Sequence record: OR699282.2
DNA length: 64,000 nucleotides
Reading direction: 5' to 3' (one strand)
Under the pieces are notes generated by a model. The model saw nothing but the letters and a program-made list of their open reading frames with translations, was not told the DNA's origin and made no database searches. The position numbers and the translations under genes were made by a program. Of this stretch, positions 17,034-24,845 are shown piece after piece (the stretch's first letter is position 1; each line of letters opens with the position of its first letter).

Positions 17034-17064
17034 GATAGTTTCATTAACTCAAGGAGAACATGCA

Positions 17065-17649
17065 ATGCGTAATTATACTAAATTCATCCGTACCCTGTCA
17101 GAAATGGAAACCAACAAAGAGATCCTTTCAGCTTGTCGGTTAGCTGGCCTGGAGATCATCGGTGCTGGTTCTTCCCGTATAGTTTTCGCTTTAAATGATC
17201 GGTTAGTGATTAAGGTCGCGAATTGTGATGCGGGTGTAGAACAAAATGAAACTGAATGTAAGGTATGGAATTTTTTAGACTATGACCGCCCTCAGTTGAA
17301 ACAGTACTTTGCAAAGGTGCATATGCATTTATGCGATCCTGATAATATGTTTATCGTTATGGATCGGTTGAGTACTGCAAGCAAAGGCAGTGTGAAGCAC
17401 GTAAACGCGTGCAATGAATTAAAGTACAATATTAAACGTAATGCAATCGAACGCCAGCACCGCTTTGCTGATGCACTACAACACGTTGATGATACATTAT
17501 CAACACTAACGATAAGAGATATCAGAAAACAGAATATCGGCCAGGATCGTAATGGACTTATTAAAGTACTTGATTACGGTTTAACCAGCAATATCTGGAA
17601 TCAGTACTATAAAAAGCGTGATGTGGCAGCAAGTAAGGTAACACGATAA
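17065..17649 (+). CDS. Ser/Thr protein kinase-like protein
   Basis: G-loop IGAGSSRIVF, VIK lysine, alphaC Glu, catalytic DIRKQN, DYG; SD AAGGAG. Confidence 0.85.
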   Translation: MRNYTKFIRTLSEMETNKEILSACRLAGLEIIGAGSSRIVFALNDRLVIKVANCDAGVEQNETECKVWNFLDYDRPQLKQYFAKVHMHLCDPDNMFIVMDRLSTASKGSVKHVNACNELKYNIKRNAIERQHRFADALQHVDDTLSTLTIRDIRKQNIGQDRNGLIKVLDYGLTSNIWNQYYKKRDVAASKVTR

Positions 17650-17667
17650 AAAAGATTAAAAAAGGGA

Positions 17668-17772
17668 TTGACTCCGGTCAGTCCCTTTGCTATTATATAT
17701 CCATTGAGAGATAACTCACTGACCCATAGGGTGCGGAAGTGTATCTATTATATAAGTATTCAGTACTGAAAA
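17668..17772 (+). ncRNA. candidate small RNA cassette copy 10
   Basis: TTGACT-17-TATTAT, TGAG-AGATAA-CTCA, core GACCCATAGGGTGC 17721-17734. Confidence 0.5.
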
Positions 17773-17872
17773 CTATTTGATAAAAAGTACTTGCATTGTA
17801 CTTAGAATCAAGTATAATGTTTTATATCGAGAGGGGGAAATGGTTCTCCCTGGTATATTAAGGAATAAAATC

Positions 17873-18094
17873 ATGACTACAATGACTTGCATTTACGCTT
17901 CCAATCTTCTGAATGATGCGGCCTTTAATGTTGATTCAGAATATCAATGTTATCGGGATGAAAATAAAAAAGTTTTTGTAGTTGATAATAATGGTTTCCA
18001 TATTGAATTGCAATCCGGTTTCACTGGTGTTGATGGTAAATCAGTATGGGGCGTACAGGATGATAAAGGCACATATCATTTTAAACGTAATTAA
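17873..18094 (+). CDS. hypothetical early protein
   Basis: Promoter 17791, SD AAGGA. Confidence 0.8.
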   Translation: MTTMTCIYASNLLNDAAFNVDSEYQCYRDENKKVFVVDNNGFHIELQSGFTGVDGKSVWGVQDDKGTYHFKRN

Positions 18095-18180
18095 GTATTG
18101 ACAAAGTATCTTAGTACTGTATAATAGTTTACATCAAGGGGAGAATAGTTCTCCCCACACCAATAAAAGGAAACATAATT

Positions 18181-18453
18181 ATGTCTAGCTACTCCGCTAC
18201 TATGATCATTAAAGATATGAACGGTAATCCTACTTCTGCTGGTGGATCATTTGGAAACATTAATTTAGATGGTCGGTTATCCATGCAATCAGCAATCGAT
18301 GCAGCGAAAGAAGTTTTTAAGAATGAATGTACTGTTAGTAAGCTGGATTATATGGGATTTGCTATCGAAAAAACTAATCGTTTTGTGAACTACAAAAAAC
18401 CATTGATGATTGATACTAACCTGAAAGCTAACGAAGTGGAGTACTTATTATGA
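18181..18453 (+). CDS. hypothetical early protein
   Basis: Promoter 18098. Confidence 0.8.
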   Translation: MSSYSATMIIKDMNGNPTSAGGSFGNINLDGRLSMQSAIDAAKEVFKNECTVSKLDYMGFAIEKTNRFVNYKKPLMIDTNLKANEVEYLL

Positions 18454-18641
18454 CAGTTGAAGAAGTTAAAAAAGTACTGGCAGTACTACGCTATCATAAT
18501 CATTGCAAGGTGAAGAATGATCCTGATTATCTCGATTCATCCCTGGAAGAGGATACACTACAAGCAATAAGCCATATGCAAACATTAGCAAAGCGTATGA
18601 CTGAAAAGAACATGCCGGACTATATCGGAAATAAAATTTAA
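18450..18641 (+). CDS. hypothetical protein
   Basis: ATGA overlap, SD GGAG. Confidence 0.7.
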   Translation: MTVEEVKKVLAVLRYHNHCKVKNDPDYLDSSLEEDTLQAISHMQTLAKRMTEKNMPDYIGNKI

Positions 18642-18728
18642 AAAGTACTTGCATTGTAGTTAGATTAACGTATAATGTTTTATATCGAGAGGGGGAAATG
18701 GTTTCCCCTCAAGTCCAGGAGATACACC

Positions 18729-18992
18729 ATGAACACTATCGAAATCACTATCAATGCACACGTATACGACAACGTAGTACTGCAAACTACTATGACCGCT
18801 AATGATACCAGTACTTTGCGGAATACTGTTATTAGTGCCGTATGTGCCGCTATCGGTGATGTCGCCCTGGAAAATGCAAAACACGTAAACGATGGTTTCA
18901 CTATGTGCAAACGTGATAACGCAAAACATATCATCGTAGAAGGTTACGGCGGTGTAGAATATAATGTTTATATGAAAAAAGTACTTGCATAA
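18729..18992 (+). CDS. hypothetical early protein
   Basis: Promoter 18649, SD AGGAG. Confidence 0.8.
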   Translation: MNTIEITINAHVYDNVVLQTTMTANDTSTLRNTVISAVCAAIGDVALENAKHVNDGFTMCKRDNAKHIIVEGYGGVEYNVYMKKVLA

Positions 18993-19059
18993 TAACTAAA
19001 ACAAAGTATAATGTTTTGCATAGGGGGAGATATCCTCCCCCACTAAAAGGAGTAATAAA

Positions 19060-19284
19060 ATGGCTAACTTTGATGAACTGATGCGGGAAGTAGCTACCCT
19101 GGCAGAAGAAAAGAAATCATTCGATTCTATCTATAGCACCGCTCACCGTGATTCAGTACTGGCATGTAACCAGGATCAAAAAGATGAACTAATCGCCACC
19201 TATCATGAAGCATGGAAGTACTACCGACAATGGGAGAAAGAAGAAAGAGAGTCTACCATTGACGGCCTCAATAATCTAATCTAA
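19060..19284 (+). CDS. hypothetical early protein
   Basis: Promoter 18985, SD AAGGAG. Confidence 0.8.
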   Translation: MANFDELMREVATLAEEKKSFDSIYSTAHRDSVLACNQDQKDELIATYHEAWKYYRQWEKEERESTIDGLNNLI

Positions 19285-19360
19285 AAGTTTTATTTCAGTA
19301 CTATTGACATAGCTTGATAGTACTGATGTAATAACTTTACTAACTACAAGGGGAAACATA

Positions 19361-19618
19361 ATGGAACAGTTCACACAATATCGGGTAAATCCTCAAGCTA
19401 TGGCCTACGTAGAAGACCATAAAACATTACCAGTACTAACACCAATTAAAGGCCATATCTATCGTGCAATGTCATGGAATACCGCCCAGGATAGATATAC
19501 TACCGCTGGCGTGGGTATGTATTGCGGGAATGGTGAATGGTTTGATCCAAATAATCCGGTAGCCATTGACAGTACTGAAAAAATGAAATGGGCCGACTAC
19601 ATCGAAGATATTTCATAA
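19361..19618 (+). CDS. hypothetical early protein
   Basis: Promoter 19304. Confidence 0.8.
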   Translation: MEQFTQYRVNPQAMAYVEDHKTLPVLTPIKGHIYRAMSWNTAQDRYTTAGVGMYCGNGEWFDPNNPVAIDSTEKMKWADYIEDIS

Positions 19619-19708
19619 AAACTATTTGACAGTACTAACCAGTAATGTATAATGTTTTACATAGAGCGGGGGAATAGTTCTCCCGCCAATAGTTTGGAGT
19701 AAAACATT

Positions 19709-19909
19709 ATGTCTATCGCTATCGCCCTGGTTGAAGTACTGAAAGAAGCTAAAGCCAACCAGATCGACGTAAAGATCCAGGAACTACAAAACGGCGTAAT
19801 CGGCTGTACTTGTACCGCTGGTGGAGCGGCAGACTATCGAGAACACGAATCACTCGAATCACTGGTTCGGTATCTTACCATGATCGTTGATGATTGGAGA
19901 ATCATCTAA
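19709..19909 (+). CDS. hypothetical early protein
   Basis: Promoter 19626, SD GGAG. Confidence 0.8.
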   Translation: MSIAIALVEVLKEAKANQIDVKIQELQNGVIGCTCTAGGAADYREHESLESLVRYLTMIVDDWRII

Positions 19910-19930
19910 CAAAAAAGAATAAAAAAGGGA

Positions 19931-20060
19931 TTGACTCCGGTCAGTCCCTTTGCTATTATATACGCATAGACAAAAACTAGCCCACAGGGTGCATAGGTGT
20001 ATCCAAAATATATAGTTAATAACGGTGAGTAACTATCTGCTGGTGGAGTGAAAACTATTA
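19931..20060 (+). ncRNA. candidate small RNA cassette copy 11
   Basis: TTGACT-17-TATTAT, core AGCCCACAGGGTGC 19979-19992, Chi at 20039. Confidence 0.5.
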
Positions 20061-20153
20061 ATAAAAAAGTATTGACAAAGTATATCAGTACTGCGATAAT
20101 GTATCTCGTAGGGCGGCAATGGTGCAACGGCCCACAAAGTTAGGAGATTCAAA

Positions 20154-20486
20154 ATGAGTACTTCAATCGCTATCGTTAAAGCTTTCATCCGTACCAATGT
20201 TTCATCTGTATTCATCGACGGACTGGATCGTGAAGTAGAATACTCAATCATTATCGCACAGACTGCAAACGGTGCTCGGTATATCCTCAATGATAGTGAA
20301 GCAAATCACTACTACTTCACTAAAGCTACTGGCTTTAAACGCATCGATGCCGATGTAGTATACGCTAAGATGAATAAGCTGGTAGACAAGATTAACGCTA
20401 AAGGCACTATTGATTTACAGTACTGGACCGAAACCGATCCAGAATATGGATCTCACCGCTACCTGAATCCAGGTATCAAAATGTAA
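20154..20486 (+). CDS. hypothetical protein
   Basis: Promoter 20072, SD AGGAG; WxETDPxYGS motif. Confidence 0.85.
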   Translation: MSTSIAIVKAFIRTNVSSVFIDGLDREVEYSIIIAQTANGARYILNDSEANHYYFTKATGFKRIDADVVYAKMNKLVDKINAKGTIDLQYWTETDPEYGSHRYLNPGIKM

Positions 20487-20575
20487 AAAGTACTTGCATA
20501 GTACTTAGATTCATGTATAATGTTTTACATAGAGAGGGGGAAATGGTTCTCCCTCCTAAATTAAGGAGTTTTATC

Positions 20576-20977
20576 ATGACCTTCTCAATCACTTCCTTCG
20601 CTGACGTTTTAGTACTGGCTCGGACTTTTGGTAAAGATGCACTGGAGTACGCTGTAAGTAATGGCACTATCCAACCGGAACAGTGCCGCATCATTGGAAA
20701 CTGCAAACGTTGGGCGGTATCCAATACTATTGCACTGGAAAACTTCCACGATGGCAACAATGAATATTCTGTTGATGTAGTATTCGAAGCCGTTGATCTC
20801 GGCGGTATCTATAATACTAACCTGAATGATGTGCGTATCGTTCGCACTGGGTTCGGTGCTTATGATGTATCTATTCGTGAAGCTATGAACACCGGATACA
20901 TTAGCAAGGACTTACTTGCTCACATCATGCAGCTGTGTACGGAACGTAACGAAGCACGCACTATCTTAGGACTGTAA
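20576..20977 (+). CDS. hypothetical early protein
   Basis: Promoter 20494, SD AAGGAG. Confidence 0.8.
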   Translation: MTFSITSFADVLVLARTFGKDALEYAVSNGTIQPEQCRIIGNCKRWAVSNTIALENFHDGNNEYSVDVVFEAVDLGGIYNTNLNDVRIVRTGFGAYDVSIREAMNTGYISKDLLAHIMQLCTERNEARTILGL

Positions 20978-21045
20978 GCGTTACACATCACCAAACATCA
21001 TAGGCCGCTCTCTAGCGGCCTTAACTATATCAGGAGTACATACAC

Positions 21046-21255
21046 ATGATCTATACAGTATACAGCGTCCTAGGCACTATTGCAGGCGTACATGATAACG
21101 TCGATAGTGCTATGCGTACAGTACTGCAACAGGTTCCACTAAAGCCTAAGACCATTAAGCAGATGACAGCACGACTAACCAGGGCGACCGATGGCGTGGA
21201 AGTATGGCAGGACTACGGGGATACACAGATAATCGTTAGCGTAACGAAGGATTAA
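21046..21255 (+). CDS. hypothetical protein
   Basis: SD AGGAG. Confidence 0.75.
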   Translation: MIYTVYSVLGTIAGVHDNVDSAMRTVLQQVPLKPKTIKQMTARLTRATDGVEVWQDYGDTQIIVSVTKD

Positions 21256-21505
21256 TGCGTAAAGGGATCTAGTACTGATTCAGAAAAAAGTCAAGGCGTT
21301 TTTTAAATTATGCGTTAAAAAAATGCATAGGTAATCCCTTGACTTTTTTGAAATAAAAGGGATTGGACTATGGCAAAATGCGTAGGGGGCTAAAGGGCGG
21401 GTAACCTTTAGCGACTTCGATAAAGGGGTATTACGAATAAAATGTTATTGATTTTTTATACGAATCGTATATTATAGGATTGATATTATTTTTAATGGAG
21501 TCCCT

Positions 21506-21703
21506 ATGCGTATTTTAACTAAAGAACAGCACCACGAAAGACTTATCAATAACATGGCTATGATAATGTATAAGTCCCATGACCGTGGTATTGCCTATAA
21601 GCGTGAATTAATTATGGCACTATTCATTGGAACTAACTTTCAGGAAAGGTATGTCAACGATTGGATTTGGTATTTAATTGAAGATATAACGAGTAAACTA
21701 TGA
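21506..21703 (+). CDS. family A (LGTxYQE) mini-protein
   Basis: FIGTNFQE. Confidence 0.8.
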   Translation: MRILTKEQHHERLINNMAMIMYKSHDRGIAYKRELIMALFIGTNFQERYVNDWIWYLIEDITSKL

Positions 21704-21900
21704 AAATGCGTATTTTAAATAAAGAAGAATATCAATCACTGTTACGTAAAAACTTCACAAAGATTTATAATACAGACACACACGTAGAACGAATGGAGTT
21801 ATACCTTTTGATTACTTTGGGAACTAACTATCAGGAAAGATGGGTGATTCAATATATGGATACATTGAAAAATAAAATATTGTCCACGAGGAAACAATGA
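21700..21900 (+). CDS. family A mini-protein
   Basis: TLGTNYQE. Confidence 0.8.
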   Translation: MKMRILNKEEYQSLLRKNFTKIYNTDTHVERMELYLLITLGTNYQERWVIQYMDTLKNKILSTRKQ

Positions 21901-22106
21901 AAACTATAACACGAACCCAATCATACGGTCTTATCTTGAAATACATGGACTTAATGGTGGATATCAGCAAAGACCTTCCTAAAACTGAAATTGAAGTTGC
22001 AAGAGCAGAGATCCGCATGTTGGCTGTACTGAACACAAACCATCAGGAAGATTATGTTGAAGAATGGATTCGATTTTTAATAGAAGATATTAAGAGTAAA
22101 CTATGA
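21897..22106 (+). CDS. family A mini-protein
   Basis: VLNTNHQE. Confidence 0.8.
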   Translation: MKTITRTQSYGLILKYMDLMVDISKDLPKTEIEVARAEIRMLAVLNTNHQEDYVEEWIRFLIEDIKSKL

Positions 22107-22318
22107 TTATTATAGAAAACTCATATCAATATACTGAACGCATCGCTGCCAGACAACTTGAAATCCTCATAATATACGAAGAGACTTCTGATTTAAACTT
22201 AGCCGAGGTATTGGAAAATGATATACTATTGGGTGCATTCTTAGGAACAGACTATCAGAAGTATTATGAGGAAAAGTATTTGTCATCTCTTGAGAAATAT
22301 ATCAGGAGCAAATTATGA
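22103..22318 (+). CDS. family A mini-protein
   Basis: FLGTDYQK. Confidence 0.8.
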   Translation: MIIIENSYQYTERIAARQLEILIIYEETSDLNLAEVLENDILLGAFLGTDYQKYYEEKYLSSLEKYIRSKL

Positions 22319-22527
22319 TTTTTTTAACACCAGAAGAATATAAGAAACGTTTCAATTCCGCACAGGGTGAAATCTTACTTATATACCTTTCAAATGCAGA
22401 CCTTAACTTATCAAGGGTATTAGAAAAAGATTTACTTATGGGTGCATTCCTTGATACAGACTTTCAGGTGTATTATGTAGGGGAATACTTAATTGCACTT
22501 CAGAATTATATCAGGAGTAAACTATGA
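22315..22527 (+). CDS. family A mini-protein
   Basis: FLDTDFQV. Confidence 0.8.
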   Translation: MIFLTPEEYKKRFNSAQGEILLIYLSNADLNLSRVLEKDLLMGAFLDTDFQVYYVGEYLIALQNYIRSKL

Positions 22528-22742
22528 AACATTTAAGTAACTCCGAGAAGAATAAAATTATCGTTGCTGCAATAAACAAATATTTTACACTTCCTCACAC
22601 AGAAGGTTTATGTGTAAGGGAACACAGGATAAACACCACCGATATACGCATGATGGCTGTACTGGGGACGAACTTTCAGGAAGAGTATGTTGTTGCACAC
22701 ATAGTTGCCCTCACTGATCTAATAAGGGACAAATGTAAATGA
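22524..22742 (+). CDS. family A mini-protein
   Basis: VLGTNFQE. Confidence 0.8.
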   Translation: MKHLSNSEKNKIIVAAINKYFTLPHTEGLCVREHRINTTDIRMMAVLGTNFQEEYVVAHIVALTDLIRDKCK

Positions 22743-22996
22743 AACACTTAACTGATGATGAATTTGAAACTATAATTCGTAAACTAACCCCCATCACAAG
22801 GATAGTCTACGGTGACCCCAGCCTTACATGGAACCAAATGCGAGCTAAAGTTAATGAGCTATGGTTGCTGTACTTTATGGGGACTCAATATCAAGATAAG
22901 TTTTGCACAGAATATATCGAACAATTAACGAATGTTATACAGGATAAACTAGATGATTATTTGCTCACAAAACATGAAGACTTTATCAGGAGTTGA
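22739..22996 (+). CDS. family A mini-protein
   Basis: FMGTQYQD. Confidence 0.8.
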   Translation: MKHLTDDEFETIIRKLTPITRIVYGDPSLTWNQMRAKVNELWLLYFMGTQYQDKFCTEYIEQLTNVIQDKLDDYLLTKHEDFIRS

Positions 22997-23225
22997 GTAT
23001 CAAACTGCCCTATTCTCTTTAATCCATGCCCTTAGAAAAAACAATGCCTTATATGGTGCACCTGAAGTGGATGTTATCAACGGTGAACTTTATCTTATGA
23101 AATTCATTGGAACAAACTATCAAGATCTGTTCATTCAACGATACTTATCAGCATTAAGAAACCAAATCCAATATAAAACCCAGAGAGCCAAAAAAGAATG
23201 GAATAAACAATGCGACACAGACTAA
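22974..23225 (+). CDS. family A mini-protein
   Basis: FIGTNYQD. Confidence 0.8.
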   Translation: MKTLSGVEYQTALFSLIHALRKNNALYGAPEVDVINGELYLMKFIGTNYQDLFIQRYLSALRNQIQYKTQRAKKEWNKQCDTD

Positions 23226-23458
23226 ATCACAAAATGTATTGTAAACTATTACAGACACTGGCACAGAAACACTATGACACGGTATCTGGAATATTACCCT
23301 ATGATATCATGCGTTTACTTCACTGTGAGGCCGAGATGCTTGTACTGATGACAGGCACTGATAAAAACGCAATTGCCAAATCAATAGATATGTTCATCGA
23401 AGCACACTGCCAACACATGAGAACCGAAATCTGGAGGAAAGAGAATGATAATCCTTAA
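23210..23458 (+). CDS. family A mini-protein, divergent
   Basis: MTGTDKNA. Confidence 0.65.
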   Translation: MRHRLNHKMYCKLLQTLAQKHYDTVSGILPYDIMRLLHCEAEMLVLMTGTDKNAIAKSIDMFIEAHCQHMRTEIWRKENDNP

Positions 23459-23660
23459 TGAGTATCAGTATCATTGGAGGTTACAAACTATCAAATCAAA
23501 AGTGTATAGTATTGTGTTAAACAAATCTATTGCACAAGAGGACAAATGTGTTATAATAGCTGAAATGAAGTTGGGTGCTTTCGTAGGGACAAACTATCAA
23601 AACATCTACACTGACGTATTGTTAAGTGCCTTACGTAACAAGGTGGTATCCAAAATATGA
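23445..23660 (+). CDS. family A mini-protein
   Basis: FVGTNYQN. Confidence 0.8.
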   Translation: MIILNEYQYHWRLQTIKSKVYSIVLNKSIAQEDKCVIIAEMKLGAFVGTNYQNIYTDVLLSALRNKVVSKI

Positions 23661-23875
23661 GAAATTTACAAGGCTTTGAATACATCAGACTCCTGAAAAC
23701 ATGTGGAAGCAGAAGGAGAATGATATCAAGCGATAAGAGCATCCAAGCTAACCTTAAGCACGCACTAGTAACTGAACTCTATGTAGGTGCACTCTTAGGC
23801 ACAAACTATCAACAAATGTATGTAGATCTATGGATTGACGCTCTACAGAAAGAGGTTAAAAGTAAATGCAAATGA
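23657..23875 (+). CDS. family A mini-protein
   Basis: LLGTNYQQ. Confidence 0.8.
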   Translation: MRNLQGFEYIRLLKTCGSRRRMISSDKSIQANLKHALVTELYVGALLGTNYQQMYVDLWIDALQKEVKSKCK

Positions 23876-24084
23876 TTAATTTAAGTAAAGACGAATTTTA
23901 TGTTATACTGGCGAAAACTTATCCAGCACGTAAGGCCGTTTATGATAGTCACATTATTGAACCCTCAAAGAAGTTGATTTTAGTAAATGAGATAAAGATG
24001 CTTTCAGTCTTAGGAACAAACTATCAAGAGAATGCTGTACTGATGTTAATTGATGCCCTCCAGAGAGAGGTTAAACGTAAATGA
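23866..24084 (+). CDS. family A mini-protein
   Basis: VLGTNYQE. Confidence 0.8.
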   Translation: MQMINLSKDEFYVILAKTYPARKAVYDSHIIEPSKKLILVNEIKMLSVLGTNYQENAVLMLIDALQREVKRK

Positions 24085-24311
24085 AAATGATTAATTTAAC
24101 TTACCATGAATATCAAAAACGTTTAAATGCATCCAGAGATATAAGGATTCAAATATTCAATAACAAAAAATTGAAACCTGATACCAGAAGAATCAAAATC
24201 ATAGAAGCCGTGTTGTGTAACTTCCTAGGGACTAACTATCAGGAAGGTAAGGTAGAAAACTATCTTATAGAACTCATGAATAGTATTGAAAATAAATGTA
24301 AGGGTAATTAA
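24081..24311 (+). CDS. family A mini-protein
   Basis: FLGTNYQE. Confidence 0.8.
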   Translation: MKMINLTYHEYQKRLNASRDIRIQIFNNKKLKPDTRRIKIIEAVLCNFLGTNYQEGKVENYLIELMNSIENKCKGN

Positions 24312-24312
24312 C

Positions 24313-24552
24313 ATGAAAATGATTAAATTATCTCAAGCAAAATATAAAGAACGCCTGGTGAAAATTGCACCTGGACTTAATGAAATCCATCACGGAGAAG
24401 TCATTAAACACGGAAATAAGATGATTATGAAACTTGAGTTAAAGGTGGGTGCATTCATAGGAACAAACTATCAGGAGTATTATGTAGATGAATACATAAT
24501 CGCACTTAAGAGATACATTGGAAGAAAACTATATATACAAACTAAAGAATAG
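24313..24552 (+). CDS. family A mini-protein
   Basis: FIGTNYQE; start moved to ATG. Confidence 0.8.
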   Translation: MKMIKLSQAKYKERLVKIAPGLNEIHHGEVIKHGNKMIMKLELKVGAFIGTNYQEYYVDEYIIALKRYIGRKLYIQTKE

Positions 24553-24581
24553 TATTGAAAATAAATGTAAGGGTATTTAAC

Positions 24582-24845
24582 ATGAAAATGATTAATTTAA
24601 GTAAAGATGAATATACCGAGCGTATGACAAAAATTACGCACAAACGTAATACAATCTATCACAACCCAGAAATTCAACACAGTAAGAAAATGATTATGAT
24701 GCGTGAGTTAAAGATGGGTGTATTCTTAGGAACAAACTATCAAGATACAGAAGTAAATCGCTTAATCGCGGAGTTACTACTGGAAATCAGAGGTAAGCTG
24801 TACTTTCATCAAATGACCCAACCACTGAGGTGTACTGATCGATGA
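24582..24845 (+). CDS. family A mini-protein
   Basis: FLGTNYQD; start moved to ATG. Confidence 0.8.
   Translation: MKMINLSKDEYTERMTKITHKRNTIYHNPEIQHSKKMIMMRELKMGVFLGTNYQDTEVNRLIAELLLEIRGKLYFHQMTQPLRCTDR

Larger units (their letters stand above)
1651..20521 (+). promoter_or_regulatory. array of about 45 sigma70-type early promoters
   Basis: TTG(A/C)nn..TATAAT, -35 starts at 1651, 2111, 2428, 3111, 3671, 3789, 5434, 5902, 6218, 6931, 7767, 8086, 8326, 9601, 9830, 10169, 10772, 11207, 11520, 11790, 12429, 12905, 13322, 13943, 14796, 14912, 15252, 15521, 15952, 17008, 17791, 18098, 18649, 18985, 19304, 19626, 20072, 20494, plus the sRNA promoters. Confidence 0.85.
1..21412. other. early/pre-early region, probable long terminal-repeat-like module of a jumbo phage
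   Basis: One promoter per gene, higher GC (sample line 7201-7260 is 27/60 G+C versus 17/60 at 29401-29460), abrupt switch to AT-rich coupled operons after ~21.5 kb; terminal-repeat status is inference. Confidence 0.55.

Noticed and set aside
1060-20060. Reading the dispersed repeats as a CRISPR array
   Set aside because: Copies are kilobases apart, each has its own promoter, there is no repeat-spacer periodicity and no cas gene.
1677-20575. Shared N-termini MFYIERG / MYNVLHREGE / MILPN in the ORF track
   Set aside because: These are translations of the conserved -10 and leader hairpin DNA, not a protein domain; starts were moved to SD-supported ATGs.
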